Shown here: positions 1 to 9,892 of the stretch, piece after piece
Numbering within the stretch: the first letter of the stretch is position 1
Layout of the letters: the number at the start of each line of letters is the position of its first letter
Assembly (NCBI GenBank): GCA_014382445.1
Contig: JACNJS010000010.1
Location: 20,198 to 84,197 of the forward strand
Origin: Bacteroidota bacterium
GTDB taxonomy: Bacteria; Bacteroidota; Bacteroidia; Bacteroidales; F082
DNA length: 64,000 nt
Reading direction: 5' to 3'
Notes under the pieces: model-generated
What the model saw: only the letters and a program-made list of their open reading frames with translations
What the model was told of the DNA's origin: nothing
Databases searched by the model: none
Position numbers and translations under genes: made by a program

Positions 1-2
1 GA

Positions 3-368
3 GACGAATTTTCAGGATTTGATAATCTGGTAAATAATTTTTACTCCGGTTTATCACTTAACTTCTATCCTACCGGACAAGGTAAAATACGCTATTTTAT
101 GGGCCCCGGCATACAGGTAGGATCAGGAAGTTATGATTATGAGTATTACCCCCTTGGTTACGGCTATCCTCCTGTACATCAAAAACAGAATACATTTTTA
201 TTTCGGTTTTTAGTTAATAACGGTGTGATTTTCAGTCCAATCAAGGAACTCAGCCTTTCAGCCGTCGGTTCACTTGGAATAAGATATGTAGAAGATACCA
301 ATTATTACGATGAAGATCATGTTAAAACCGTTGGAGCATTTTCATTTAATCTCTCCTACAGATTTTAA
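3..368 (+). CDS. outer-membrane beta-barrel protein, C-terminal fragment (5' end outside window)
   Basis: Frame 3 is open from the window edge (DEFSGFDNLVNNFYSGLSLNFYPTGQGKIRYFMGPG...) to the stop at 366-368. Y/G-rich alternating pattern and an ...NLSYRF aromatic C-terminus typical of OM barrels. Confidence 0.45.
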   Translation, partial: DEFSGFDNLVNNFYSGLSLNFYPTGQGKIRYFMGPGIQVGSGSYDYEYYPLGYGYPPVHQKQNTFLFRFLVNNGVIFSPIKELSLSAVGSLGIRYVEDTNYYDEDHVKTVGAFSFNLSYRF

Positions 369-374
369 CAAATA

Positions 375-1382
375 ATGTGGCGTTATCTGTTTGTTGCTAT
401 ATTTTTTGTTGCTGCTTGTTCTACTAACAATTCAGTACTTCCCATCAAAATTACAGGAGAAGCGCAGGGCACTTATTATTCAATTATTTATTATGATTCG
501 CTAGCAAGGGACTTTCAATTTGAAATTGATTCACTTTTGGATGCCTTTGATCAATCTGTATCACTTTGGGTTCCCGGGTCCATCTTGTCAAAAGTTAATA
601 ATAACATTGATTTTGTAATTCTCGATAAATATTTCATTGATAATTTTCATCTGGCAAAGAAAGTAGCTCATGAAACTAATGGAGCTTTCGACTTTACTAT
701 TGGCTCACTTGTGAAAGCATGGGGCTTTGGCTATGATAATCAAAAACATGTTGATTCGATAATTATAGACAGCCTTCTAAAAATAGTAGGCTACGAGAAA
801 GTGGATATTATTGACAACCGGGTTGTTAAACAAAATAAGAGTACTACATTCGACTTTAACGCAATTGCACAGGGATATTCGGTTGACATGATTGGTGAAT
901 TTCTTAATAGACGGCAAATTGATAATTTCCTGGTTGATATTGGTGGTGAAGTTATGGCAAGAGGTCAAAAGCCTGACGGAAATTCATGGAAAGTTGGTAT
1001 CGAGAAACCTGCAAAAGACTCTGATAATCAACGTGACCTGACTGCAATTATCAAACTTGAAAATCAATCGGTTGCAACATCAGGTAACTATCGTAAGTTT
1101 TTTGAAAAAGATGGGATTCGATATTCCCACATGATCAATCCCGCAACCGGATATCCGGCGCGCCATAACCTCCTTAGTGTATCTGTAATTGCCGATAACA
1201 CAGCTCTTGCTGATGCCTATGCAACTGCCTGTATGATTATGGGACTTGATAAGTCGATTGCTTTTATTGAAGCCAGGAATGAACTTGATGCATTTTTTAT
1301 TTATTCAAATGATATTGGCGAATATGAGGTTTATGCTACAGATGGATTTAGTAGTTTAATAATCAGTGAGTTTAAAGAATAA
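375..1382 (+). CDS. apbE: FAD:protein FMN transferase (ApbE family lipoprotein)
   Basis: Lipobox FFVAAC. ApbE-type motifs FDFTIGSLVKAWGFG, AIAQGYSVD, VDIGGEV, ATSGNYRKF...YSHMINPATGYP. Confidence 0.85.
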   Translation: MWRYLFVAIFFVAACSTNNSVLPIKITGEAQGTYYSIIYYDSLARDFQFEIDSLLDAFDQSVSLWVPGSILSKVNNNIDFVILDKYFIDNFHLAKKVAHETNGAFDFTIGSLVKAWGFGYDNQKHVDSIIIDSLLKIVGYEKVDIIDNRVVKQNKSTTFDFNAIAQGYSVDMIGEFLNRRQIDNFLVDIGGEVMARGQKPDGNSWKVGIEKPAKDSDNQRDLTAIIKLENQSVATSGNYRKFFEKDGIRYSHMINPATGYPARHNLLSVSVIADNTALADAYATACMIMGLDKSIAFIEARNELDAFFIYSNDIGEYEVYATDGFSSLIISEFKE

Positions 1383-1531
1383 CCTTCCAATTTTTTTTCC
1401 ATTAAATGCTTGAACTGAAATTTTTTGATTATTTTGTGCAATAATTTAAGCAACTTTTTGAGTGAAGAGTTTTGAATTTATCACCTAATTCATAACGCTT
1501 AACGCATAACAAATAACTCTTAACACTTAAT

Positions 1532-3475
1532 ATGTCACTACTATTAGTTTTAAATATCGACATAGGTTCATTCGTTATTGTCGGTATCGGGCTATTAATT
1601 GTTGTGCTAGCCGCCGAAAGAATTGCCAGAGTTTTTCAAAAAGTTAAACTTCCTCTTATTACAGGGTTTATAATAACCGGAATTATTGCCGGCTCCTCAG
1701 TACTTAATTTCATCACCGAAGAATCGATCAACAAACTTGAGTTCCTGATAGATATTGCACTTTCAATTATTGCATTTTCAGCCGGCGCTGAGCTTTACCT
1801 CAACGAATTACGAAGTCGTATTAACAGCATAAAGTGGATGACAATCGGTCAATTGATCATTACATTTGCTCTGAGCAGCGTAGCTATTTATTTCTTTGCT
1901 AATTATATTCCTTTTATGAGGGAAATGAGTGTTAACTCAAAAATTGCTGTTGCCATTTTATTCGGGACAATTTTTGTTGCACGATCACCATCGTCAGCCA
2001 TTGCCGTAATAAATGAGATGAGGGCAAACGGCCCCTTCACAAAAACTGTAATGGGGGTTACTGTTCTAAAAGATGTACTGGTCATAATCCTTTTTGCAAT
2101 TAGCTTTTCAATTGCAAAAGCTTTTATAGTAGGTGAAGAAATAGGAATTCTGTTTATAATTATCTTACTTTTCGAGTTGATACTATCGTTTGGTATTGGA
2201 ATAATTGCCGGAAACTTATTTAAGTTCTTTTTTTCGCTTACTTTAAGCAGTAAGATAAAATCGGCCCTAATTATTTTAACCGGATATTCCATTTACCTTT
2301 TCGCGTCATTTCTTGCCTATATTTCATCACAGTTTTTTATTCACGAAATTATTGTTGAGCCTTTACTAATATGTATACTTGCAAGTTTTGTAATCACAAA
2401 TTATTCGAAACACAGAATTGAGTTCTCTGAGCAACTTAAGAAAGTAGCACCTGTTATCTACATCATTTTCTTCACCTTAACCGGCGCATCATTATCGTTT
2501 CATGTTCTGATGAGTGTTTTTGGTATTGCTGTTGCATTGTTTTTTCTTAGACTGATAACAATGTTTTTTGGTGGAGTTTTTGGAGTATTAGCAGCTCAAG
2601 ACCCAAAAGAATATACATTTATTGCATGGATGCCTTTTATTACGCAAGCTGGTGTTGCCTTAGGCCTTGCCACTATTGTTGCCAATGAATTTCCGGTTTG
2701 GGGGCACTCATTTGAAACCATCGTAATTGCAATTATTGTTATTAACCAGCTCGTTGGTCCTCCCCTGTTCAAATGGTCACTTAATCTTGTTAAAGAGAGT
2801 CATCTGCGCGCACAAGCAAATTTGCGCCAAAACAAACAGGATGCATTAATAATTGGCGTTGAAAGTCAGTCGATAGCTCTTGCAAATCAATTGGTTAAAC
2901 ATAATTGGAAACCCAGGTTAGTATCTGTGGATGATTTTATGATTGACGATATAAAGGACTTCGAGGTTCTACGAATGAAAGAATTCACTCCTGAAAATTT
3001 AAAAAAACTAGATTGTGAAAATGTTGAGGTTGTTGTACTAATGTTATCCGACAGTAAAAATTATGAAATAGCGGAGATTATTTATGAACATGTTGGCACA
3101 AAAGAAGTTATTGTTAGATTAAATAAGCGTGAAAATTTCAACAAATTCCATAAGCTCGGTGCGCTTATTATCGAGCCTACAACGGCAATTGTAAGTTTAC
3201 TTGATCATTTTGTGAGATCCCCAAATGCCGCAACTCTCTTGCTTGGGATGGATGAAGGGCAGGACTCCGTTGATGTTGAAATATTGAATAATGATATTCA
3301 TGGTATGAGATTGCGTGAACTCCGCATTCCATCGGATATTATCGTACTCTCAATTAAGCGTAAAGGGCAAATAATAATTTCGCACGGGTATACACGGCTA
3401 CGACTCGGAGATATTATAACACTTGTTGGTGCCGAAAAAAGCCTCGAAGAAGTTATGTTCAAGTTTGAGACATAG
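1532..3475 (+). CDS. cation:proton antiporter (CPA family) with C-terminal RCK/TrkA-C regulatory domains
   Basis: About 12 predicted TM helices with a Na_H_exchanger-like N-terminus (LPLITGFIITGIIAGSSVLNF...AFSAGAEL). Soluble C-terminus ends in a TrkA-C-like VDVEILNNDIHGMRLRELRIPSDIIVLSIKRKGQIIISHG..LRLGDIITLVG. Confidence 0.75.
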   Translation: MSLLLVLNIDIGSFVIVGIGLLIVVLAAERIARVFQKVKLPLITGFIITGIIAGSSVLNFITEESINKLEFLIDIALSIIAFSAGAELYLNELRSRINSIKWMTIGQLIITFALSSVAIYFFANYIPFMREMSVNSKIAVAILFGTIFVARSPSSAIAVINEMRANGPFTKTVMGVTVLKDVLVIILFAISFSIAKAFIVGEEIGILFIIILLFELILSFGIGIIAGNLFKFFFSLTLSSKIKSALIILTGYSIYLFASFLAYISSQFFIHEIIVEPLLICILASFVITNYSKHRIEFSEQLKKVAPVIYIIFFTLTGASLSFHVLMSVFGIAVALFFLRLITMFFGGVFGVLAAQDPKEYTFIAWMPFITQAGVALGLATIVANEFPVWGHSFETIVIAIIVINQLVGPPLFKWSLNLVKESHLRAQANLRQNKQDALIIGVESQSIALANQLVKHNWKPRLVSVDDFMIDDIKDFEVLRMKEFTPENLKKLDCENVEVVVLMLSDSKNYEIAEIIYEHVGTKEVIVRLNKRENFNKFHKLGALIIEPTTAIVSLLDHFVRSPNAATLLLGMDEGQDSVDVEILNNDIHGMRLRELRIPSDIIVLSIKRKGQIIISHGYTRLRLGDIITLVGAEKSLEEVMFKFET

Positions 3476-3490
3476 CACCTTTATCAAATA

Positions 3491-3919
3491 TTAGAATAGT
3501 AAATTATCTAGTATCATATCTGAAAGCGAAACCATTCCAATATATTCACCATTTTCCTCAACCGGTGCCATTCTTATTCCCAATTTCATCATTAGGCTGG
3601 CTGCATATCGCACATCCATATTGGCAGGGACACAGATAGCTGGTTTAGTCATAATCTCAAAAACGTTAACCTCATCAGAAGTTTTGTCGGGAATAATAAC
3701 TCCTTTGATGAAATCATACACCATTACAATTCCGTAGGCATCTTGCGGGTAGCGCTTTTTAACGATTAAAGCTGCAACCTTTTCTTTTCGCATGATTTCG
3801 ACCGCCTCTTTGGCAGTGGCCATACCATCAACGAAAACTATTTTTTTCGTCATAACATCCTTGGCACTTTGAAAACTTCTTTTTCTATTCATGTTTACTC
3901 TTTTAAAGTTATTACACAA
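3491..3919 (-). CDS. CBS domain pair protein
   Basis: Small soluble protein with two CBS-like halves (AKDVMTKKIVFVDGMATAKEAVEIMRKEKVAALIV ... VFEIMTKPAICVPANMDVRYAASLMMKLGIRMAPVEENGEYIGMVSLSDM). The true start is probably the internal MNRKRS (3892). Confidence 0.8.
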   Translation of the reverse strand: MCNNFKRVNMNRKRSFQSAKDVMTKKIVFVDGMATAKEAVEIMRKEKVAALIVKKRYPQDAYGIVMVYDFIKGVIIPDKTSDEVNVFEIMTKPAICVPANMDVRYAASLMMKLGIRMAPVEENGEYIGMVSLSDMILDNLLF

Positions 3920-3999
3920 AGTGAGCTCAATTAAAATATACTTTGCACTATCATACTTTTTTCATATTCTGCAAATATAAGAACCCATTATCGATTTTT

Positions 4000-4347
4000 T
4001 TAAAAATATTGATCACGTGCCTGATCCTTGAATTTTTTCATTTGACTTTCAAGTCCGGCAATATGCTCTATAGGTAATACAAAAGCAATACCAGTGCCCG
4101 GTTTATCAAATTTTCCTGCCAAACGTATTACCTTCATAAGGTTTTCTACCACGTGTTCTTCGACAAGAAAAACAATGATATCGGTTTGATCTTCAATACT
4201 TAGACCAAAAAAAGATTTCGCTTCATGTATGCCTGTTCCTCTGGCAGGAATAATAGTAGCTCCGGTAGCTCCCGCTTCCTTCATTGCATCAACTACATCA
4301 TCAGTGATGCTGGGTTTGACAAAAGTCATAATTAATTTAAATTGCAT
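4000..4347 (-). CDS. P-II-like signal transduction protein
   Basis: 115 aa with a PII-like beta-alpha-beta layout (KLIMTFVKPSITDDVVDAMKEAGATGATIIPARGTG...IIVFLVEEHVVENLMKVI). Overlaps the upstream membrane gene by 11 nt. Confidence 0.75.
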   Translation of the reverse strand: MQFKLIMTFVKPSITDDVVDAMKEAGATGATIIPARGTGIHEAKSFFGLSIEDQTDIIVFLVEEHVVENLMKVIRLAGKFDKPGTGIAFVLPIEHIAGLESQMKKFKDQARDQYF

Positions 4348-5125
4348 CTCTTTCTCTTTTTATTTTTAAAAATCGGGTTTTTAAATCCATAAATTGAGCA
4401 TATCCCAACACAGTGATAATTGGAAACAAGCTGGCAAATGCGATAAGCCCAAATCCGTCAATGGCAGCGCTTCTGCCTGGTACTGCACTGGAGAGTCCTA
4501 ATCCCAGAGCAGCCACTATCGGTACAGTAACAGTTGATGTGGTAACGCCTCCTGAGTCATAGGCTAAAGCAATAAGCTTTTTGGGCGCAAAAATAGTTTG
4601 AATGATTACAATAATATACCCTACCATTATGTAAATAAATAACGGTGTTCCTGTTATGATCCGAAATGTACCAAGAGCCAAAGCGAAGGCTACACCAATA
4701 GCTACGGTAATACGAAGCCCCCAAACACTTATAGTTCCTACAGAAACTTCCCCGGCTTTCAGGGCAACTGCAATGAGTGCGGGCTCGGCTATAGTGGTTG
4801 AAAATCCGATCAATGCTGCAAAAATATAAATCCAGTAGTACGACCGCCAGTTTCCCACTTCATTTTCTGAAACTCCAATAAACAAAGGATCAGATAATTG
4901 AATAGCCATAATTTTCCCTACCGGAAAAAGTGCTTTTTCCAATCCCATCAGAAATAATGCCAGTCCGAATACTACATAAACGCTTCCTAAAATCACTTTT
5001 TTTAAATGGGGTATGGGCTGCTTCAAAACTACTAGTTGAAAAAAAATGATCAATATCAAGATTGGTAATACGTCTCGGAGTGTATAAAACAAGACCAAAA
5101 CAAAATCCATAAGAAAATCACCCAT
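4337..5125 (-). CDS. DUF1538-type polytopic membrane protein (paralogue B)
   Basis: Paralogous to 5139-5918: shared GFSTTIAEPALIAVA, AYDSGGVTTSTVTVP, GRS..IDGFGLIAFASL. The arrangement of 2 membrane paralogues + PII + CBS matches the conserved DUF1538 neighbourhood as I recall it. Confidence 0.65.
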   Translation of the reverse strand: MGDFLMDFVLVLFYTLRDVLPILILIIFFQLVVLKQPIPHLKKVILGSVYVVFGLALFLMGLEKALFPVGKIMAIQLSDPLFIGVSENEVGNWRSYYWIYIFAALIGFSTTIAEPALIAVALKAGEVSVGTISVWGLRITVAIGVAFALALGTFRIITGTPLFIYIMVGYIIVIIQTIFAPKKLIALAYDSGGVTTSTVTVPIVAALGLGLSSAVPGRSAAIDGFGLIAFASLFPIITVLGYAQFMDLKTRFLKIKRERDAI

Positions 5126-5138
5126 AAACCACTCGTTT

Positions 5139-5918
5139 TTAAAACCAAAATAAGCCGTATGCCATCACAAAAATCATTGGCAAAAGTGAAGCAAAGGCTA
5201 TCAGACCAAAACCATCCATTAACGGACTTCTTCCTTTAATCACAGTGGCCAGGCCAACTCCAAGAGCTGTTACTAATGGAACAGTAATTGTAGAAGTAGT
5301 AACTCCACCCGCATCATATGCCAGTCCAATTATCTCATCGGGGGCAATTATTGTCATCAACATTACTAATACGTATCCGCCAATGATTAAATAATATAAA
5401 GGCCAACCCTTGAGGATGCGTAATACTCCAATAACTATGGCCAGACCAACAGAAACAGCCACCGACAATCGTAAGCCCATAGCATATATGTCCATTGTGC
5501 TTTGATTGTTTTCTATTAAACCCGCAATTGAAGATATTACCGAAGCCTCCTTTGCTACTGCAATTAAGGCTGGTTCGGCAATTGTAGTAGAAAAGCCCAG
5601 TGTGAAAGCAAAAATCATTAACCATAATAAGCTTCCCTTTTTTGCCAGTGCGTATGCCATCGTTTCTCCGATGGGAAATAACGCAATTTCTAAGCCCTCA
5701 ACAAAAAGCATCAACCCTACTACTACAAATAAAATTCCAAATATAACCTCTCCAATTTCAGGGAAAGGTTGCCTTATGACAACACTTTGAAAAAAAACTA
5801 CTACCGCTATTATCGGAATGAGATCCATAAGCGCTAATCTTAATTTCCTTAAAATGGATAATAAATAAATTTTATGCATCACATATTTATTGCTTATTAA
5901 TGCTATGCGAATATACAA
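5139..5918 (-). CDS. DUF1538-type polytopic membrane protein (paralogue A)
   Basis: Same motif set as 4337-5125 (GFSTTIAEPALIAVA, AYDAGGVTTSTITVP, GRSPLMDGFGLIAFASL). By alignment with its paralogue the start is more likely MHKIYLL... at 5879. Confidence 0.65.
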   Translation of the reverse strand: MYIRIALISNKYVMHKIYLLSILRKLRLALMDLIPIIAVVVFFQSVVIRQPFPEIGEVIFGILFVVVGLMLFVEGLEIALFPIGETMAYALAKKGSLLWLMIFAFTLGFSTTIAEPALIAVAKEASVISSIAGLIENNQSTMDIYAMGLRLSVAVSVGLAIVIGVLRILKGWPLYYLIIGGYVLVMLMTIIAPDEIIGLAYDAGGVTTSTITVPLVTALGVGLATVIKGRSPLMDGFGLIAFASLLPMIFVMAYGLFWF

Positions 5919-5934
5919 GAAACTATTAAACCAG

Positions 5935-5982
5935 GTTGTCTGGTTATCGAGTTGTCAGGTTATCAAGTTGTCATGTTGTCGG
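5935..5982. repeat. 16-bp tandem repeat x3 upstream of the DUF1538 operon
   Basis: gttgtctggttatcga / gttgtcaggttatcaa / gttgtcatgttgtcgg read directly. On the sense (minus) strand it is A/C-rich and G-poor. Confidence 0.7.
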
Positions 5983-6086
5983 GTAATAAACAAATTGAAA
6001 ATAACCATACAACAATGAAAATCCCAGTACATAGGAAACAACTCATACAACTATAATAACCAAACACTAGTTCGTTCCCTGTCTAT

Positions 6087-9000
6087 TTATTTACTCTTAC
6101 GTCCCACGGCTTGTTTCTCATAGCGTTGCTCTTTGTTATTGTAGCCCATGGTTGACAATATCCCACTCAAAACACTTTTCCAAATGTAATAGGCAATCGA
6201 TTTTTGAGTATCATGTTTGAAATATACTTCACCAGGCGTTGTTTTACCATGAGAGTCAGGATTATTCGACTTAATAAAAATATCATTCAGCAACAAATCG
6301 GCTATACTACCTCCTAATCCGGTTGCGTTTTCAGCCTTATCGCGATCGTATAATTCAATTTTTAAATTCTCGTACTTAAATAATAAGGATCCTTCACTAA
6401 ACTTGTTATTACCATGTATCATCGGAATATCAATACTGCCTGTTCCTGTTTTCATTGTAACACCAACTGCGGGCTGGGTCATTGGATTGACTTTTGAGAA
6501 ATCGATTTCGTCAATGGAGCCGGATACATAAAAATCGTATGCAGGGCTTAACAACGGGAACTTTACTTTAAGGTTTAATTGTGCCTCTCCAAGTAACATT
6601 GCGTTTAAATTGGCTACCATCTCACTACTGGAATCAATAACCATCCTGTCGTTATTAATATTAAAAACAGAAAGGTTAAAATTGTTTAAGAATATTTCGC
6701 CTGGTTTGATCGCCTTTTTCTCAAGTTCTTGATATTTAATGTAAGCATCATGCGTCCTGAGTGAATCAATAGTTAACGTTCGTGGAGAACTTAGTAAAGC
6801 TTCCTGAGGCATTTTTACATATGCCTCCGGATTCATATCATACTTTTTATCTCTGTAAATACTGGCATCTAAACCCATTACATCAACACCACCCATATGT
6901 ATGCTGCCATCCTTAATTAACTTTTTAAGTCTGAAATTACTACAAATAATTTTATCCGTAACTAAATCCATCTTACCTGTTTGGTATACCGCCTTCTTGA
7001 AAAACTCTGCGGCTTCATACCGGGGTTTCATCTTTAACGTATCAACACTTAGTTCATTTTCAGAAAAATTATAGCTAAGTGAATTAATACTTGTTTCATA
7101 CAAACTGTTGGCGGAAATAAATTTAGTATCTCGGAGGTTTACTGATACTTTTTCAGCAAAGGCAAAATTATTATCGCTAAATGTTTTTGAATCAATTTTT
7201 ATAAAGTCGATTACGAAACCAGCCTTGGTTAATGTTAGTTTTTTAACCGAAGTATCGGATATGGTACTATGAATTAAGTCAATATTGCCGGCACTAAAAA
7301 TATCAATATTCAGGTTATTCAAGAAATCAGGAAGCTTTATTTGCTTTTTATCAGATTTGCTTGATGCTGATTTAGTAGTCTTATGGTCTTCCATATCCAT
7401 CACAAAATCATCAATTTCAATTCCTTTAATACTAACATTATGAGGTGTTGTTTCGCTAATTTCAATTCCTGAAATTTCAACACCCGACGAAGTATACGAC
7501 ATGAAATTTTCACTTTTTACAAGCTTATTAATGCTGCCTCCCTTAATGTCAGATATGGATAATTTTAATTCTGGTTGATCAAAATTCAGCTTTTTAATAC
7601 CTGCATATGAATTTTTTATACTGTCAGAATACAAGAAATCAATAATATTTAAATAATCAAGTCCTTCAACAACATTATCAGAAGATGTAATTTTATATTT
7701 GAAATCGAGTTCGCTAAGACTAAAATTTGATACAGAAATACTGTCTTGAGTTTCGATTTTAAATGACAGATTGTTTATTATAAATTCTTCAATATCAAAC
7801 GGAATGTTTTTTTTATTTGATAGTGTACCGGTCTCAGCTATGGGTTTTTTGATACGGGTGTCAATTCTTAAGTCAACATATAGGTTTTCAATCGAGATTG
7901 ACCCAACTACCGGAGTTTGTTTTTCAATAATTGTATTATACTTAACACCCGTTAAATCAATGCTTCTAATGTTTAGTTCTCTAACTTCCATTCTGTTTTT
8001 CAAACTGCTTTTAGGATTATCACTTAATGTAATATTTTCAAGTAATAATATCTCTTTATTCTTATTAGAAACAATTTTTGAACAGCTAATTAAATAATCC
8101 TGATAGTTAATAACAGGTTCCGATAACTGGATATTCCAAAGCAAATTTTTAAGCCATGTAGTATCTTTATTATCCGCTATCGTAATATTATCAACAGTTA
8201 CGCCTAATCCGGATTTTATTTTAATCGCATTATTTTTCAGTTTTAAATTCAAATCAACTTTACAACCAGTAATTTCAAAATCTTTAATAACTACTTTATG
8301 GATTTTGTTTAAGTCACCAAGTTTTATGGAGCCTGAGTTTAAATCAAGGTCTGTAACTCTTATATCAAATTTATTATTTTCTGCAACATGTATCTTTCCA
8401 TTAGATATTTCTACATTACTAATTTCAAAATTGGTTAAGTCAACTTTCTTTCTTGTGCCTTTTTGTTTTTCCATTTTGCTTATATCTAAGTCAACTATTG
8501 GATTAGAAATAGAGAGGCCAATTTTCAATGGTAGTCCTTTAGCAAAATCCTCTGCCGAAACTCCGGTAACTTTAATTGAATCAACTTCAGAAAATACCGA
8601 AGTTGATTTCTCATCACTTTTGTCGTTAATTTGAAGGCCAGCCAAAGATATAATTCCTTCTTTTTCGTTAAATAGGAGGTTGCTGAGTTTTAATTTCAAA
8701 CCGGATTTTTTTTCCGCAATTCTCAACTCACCGGACGACATAGTTATACTTCCATAATTAACATCAGGTATCTTATTTACCAACACATTGGAGTCGAGTA
8801 GTATATCGCTTACACTAAAATTCAGGTTTGCTGCATTTATTAGCGTATCACCTAATTCATCGCGATTTAGTAGGTTAATATTTTTCAAACTAAAAGATCC
8901 AAGCTTGACATTATGAAAAAAACTATTTGGGTTGCGTTTATTTTTTGATGAATCGGACGAAACTTTTGGAATATCAGATGAATTTTTTGTTAAATATAAA

Positions 9001-9872
9001 TAGGCATCTGAAATTGAAATGTTGTCGATATCAATATCATGCATCTTTTCCATTGCATCCAAATCTATTCCTTCAATAAGTATTTCACGTACTGTTGCAT
9101 TTACATCCATTATGTTATTAGCTACAGAACTACTTATAATCTTGATATTATTTACTACAAGAGTATTAGTATTTGAACTAAAAACAGTTGAGTCAAAACT
9201 TACCTGATCACCATTAGGAAGAGTGTAAATTAAATTACTAAGTTTAACGAAATGCTCTTTTGCAAAAAGAAACCTATCCTCTTTAAATATCTGTTCTTTG
9301 GAAGTGTCAAAGTTTTTCAACAATAATTTAAACTCAACCGATCCATCATGATCTTCATTATCAAATAACGATTTGATATCAACTTTTCCGTGAGTGATCT
9401 CAATTTCATCAACTTTAATGATTAAATTTCCAAGTAAACCCGGATGTTCTTTTAAGCTCCTGATTATCTTTTTCGGTTTTTCTTTAAAATGTAGGGGTTT
9501 ATTATTTTCACGAAACCATGAGGATGGTTTTTCTATTATAAACTTTTTAGCAATAAGCGCACGGTTAAAAATCAAATGAAACAATGAAAAGTCCTCCAAT
9601 TTAAGTTCATCGAATTTAAATTCAGAAAGCTCAACGGTTTCTTCTTTATTAATGTATGTATTATTAAAGGAAAACTTTGAATCAGTAAAAGAAATCGATG
9701 AATTGATAATACTATAATCTACATGGCCAATATTAAATGTGATGGTTTGGTTGGTTTTTTTGTTGATACTAACTTCAAAGGCATGGCCGATTATTACATT
9801 CCTAAGTAAAAAGAGTATGATACCTAAAATTAATACTACTGCAACAACAATAATAAAGATTCGTTTTTTCAT
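6087..9872 (-). CDS. giant envelope protein, AsmA/TamB-like (N-terminal TM anchor + long beta-rich region)
   Basis: 1261 aa with a single N-terminal TM (IFIIVVAVVLILGIILFLL). Long repetitive N/S/D/I/K-rich beta-strand-like body. The architecture resembles AsmA-like proteins; no catalytic motif seen. Confidence 0.5.
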   Translation of the reverse strand: MKKRIFIIVVAVVLILGIILFLLRNVIIGHAFEVSINKKTNQTITFNIGHVDYSIINSSISFTDSKFSFNNTYINKEETVELSEFKFDELKLEDFSLFHLIFNRALIAKKFIIEKPSSWFRENNKPLHFKEKPKKIIRSLKEHPGLLGNLIIKVDEIEITHGKVDIKSLFDNEDHDGSVEFKLLLKNFDTSKEQIFKEDRFLFAKEHFVKLSNLIYTLPNGDQVSFDSTVFSSNTNTLVVNNIKIISSSVANNIMDVNATVREILIEGIDLDAMEKMHDIDIDNISISDAYLYLTKNSSDIPKVSSDSSKNKRNPNSFFHNVKLGSFSLKNINLLNRDELGDTLINAANLNFSVSDILLDSNVLVNKIPDVNYGSITMSSGELRIAEKKSGLKLKLSNLLFNEKEGIISLAGLQINDKSDEKSTSVFSEVDSIKVTGVSAEDFAKGLPLKIGLSISNPIVDLDISKMEKQKGTRKKVDLTNFEISNVEISNGKIHVAENNKFDIRVTDLDLNSGSIKLGDLNKIHKVVIKDFEITGCKVDLNLKLKNNAIKIKSGLGVTVDNITIADNKDTTWLKNLLWNIQLSEPVINYQDYLISCSKIVSNKNKEILLLENITLSDNPKSSLKNRMEVRELNIRSIDLTGVKYNTIIEKQTPVVGSISIENLYVDLRIDTRIKKPIAETGTLSNKKNIPFDIEEFIINNLSFKIETQDSISVSNFSLSELDFKYKITSSDNVVEGLDYLNIIDFLYSDSIKNSYAGIKKLNFDQPELKLSISDIKGGSINKLVKSENFMSYTSSGVEISGIEISETTPHNVSIKGIEIDDFVMDMEDHKTTKSASSKSDKKQIKLPDFLNNLNIDIFSAGNIDLIHSTISDTSVKKLTLTKAGFVIDFIKIDSKTFSDNNFAFAEKVSVNLRDTKFISANSLYETSINSLSYNFSENELSVDTLKMKPRYEAAEFFKKAVYQTGKMDLVTDKIICSNFRLKKLIKDGSIHMGGVDVMGLDASIYRDKKYDMNPEAYVKMPQEALLSSPRTLTIDSLRTHDAYIKYQELEKKAIKPGEIFLNNFNLSVFNINNDRMVIDSSSEMVANLNAMLLGEAQLNLKVKFPLLSPAYDFYVSGSIDEIDFSKVNPMTQPAVGVTMKTGTGSIDIPMIHGNNKFSEGSLLFKYENLKIELYDRDKAENATGLGGSIADLLLNDIFIKSNNPDSHGKTTPGEVYFKHDTQKSIAYYIWKSVLSGILSTMGYNNKEQRYEKQAVGRKSK

Positions 9873-9892
9873 AAGTAAAATTTATATTGAGA

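Noticed and set aside
5335-5790. Alternative-frame ORFs (96 aa minus, 94 aa plus) within DUF1538 paralogue A
   Set aside because: The annotated frame is validated by its paralogue (shared motifs in the same order). The alternatives have no such support.
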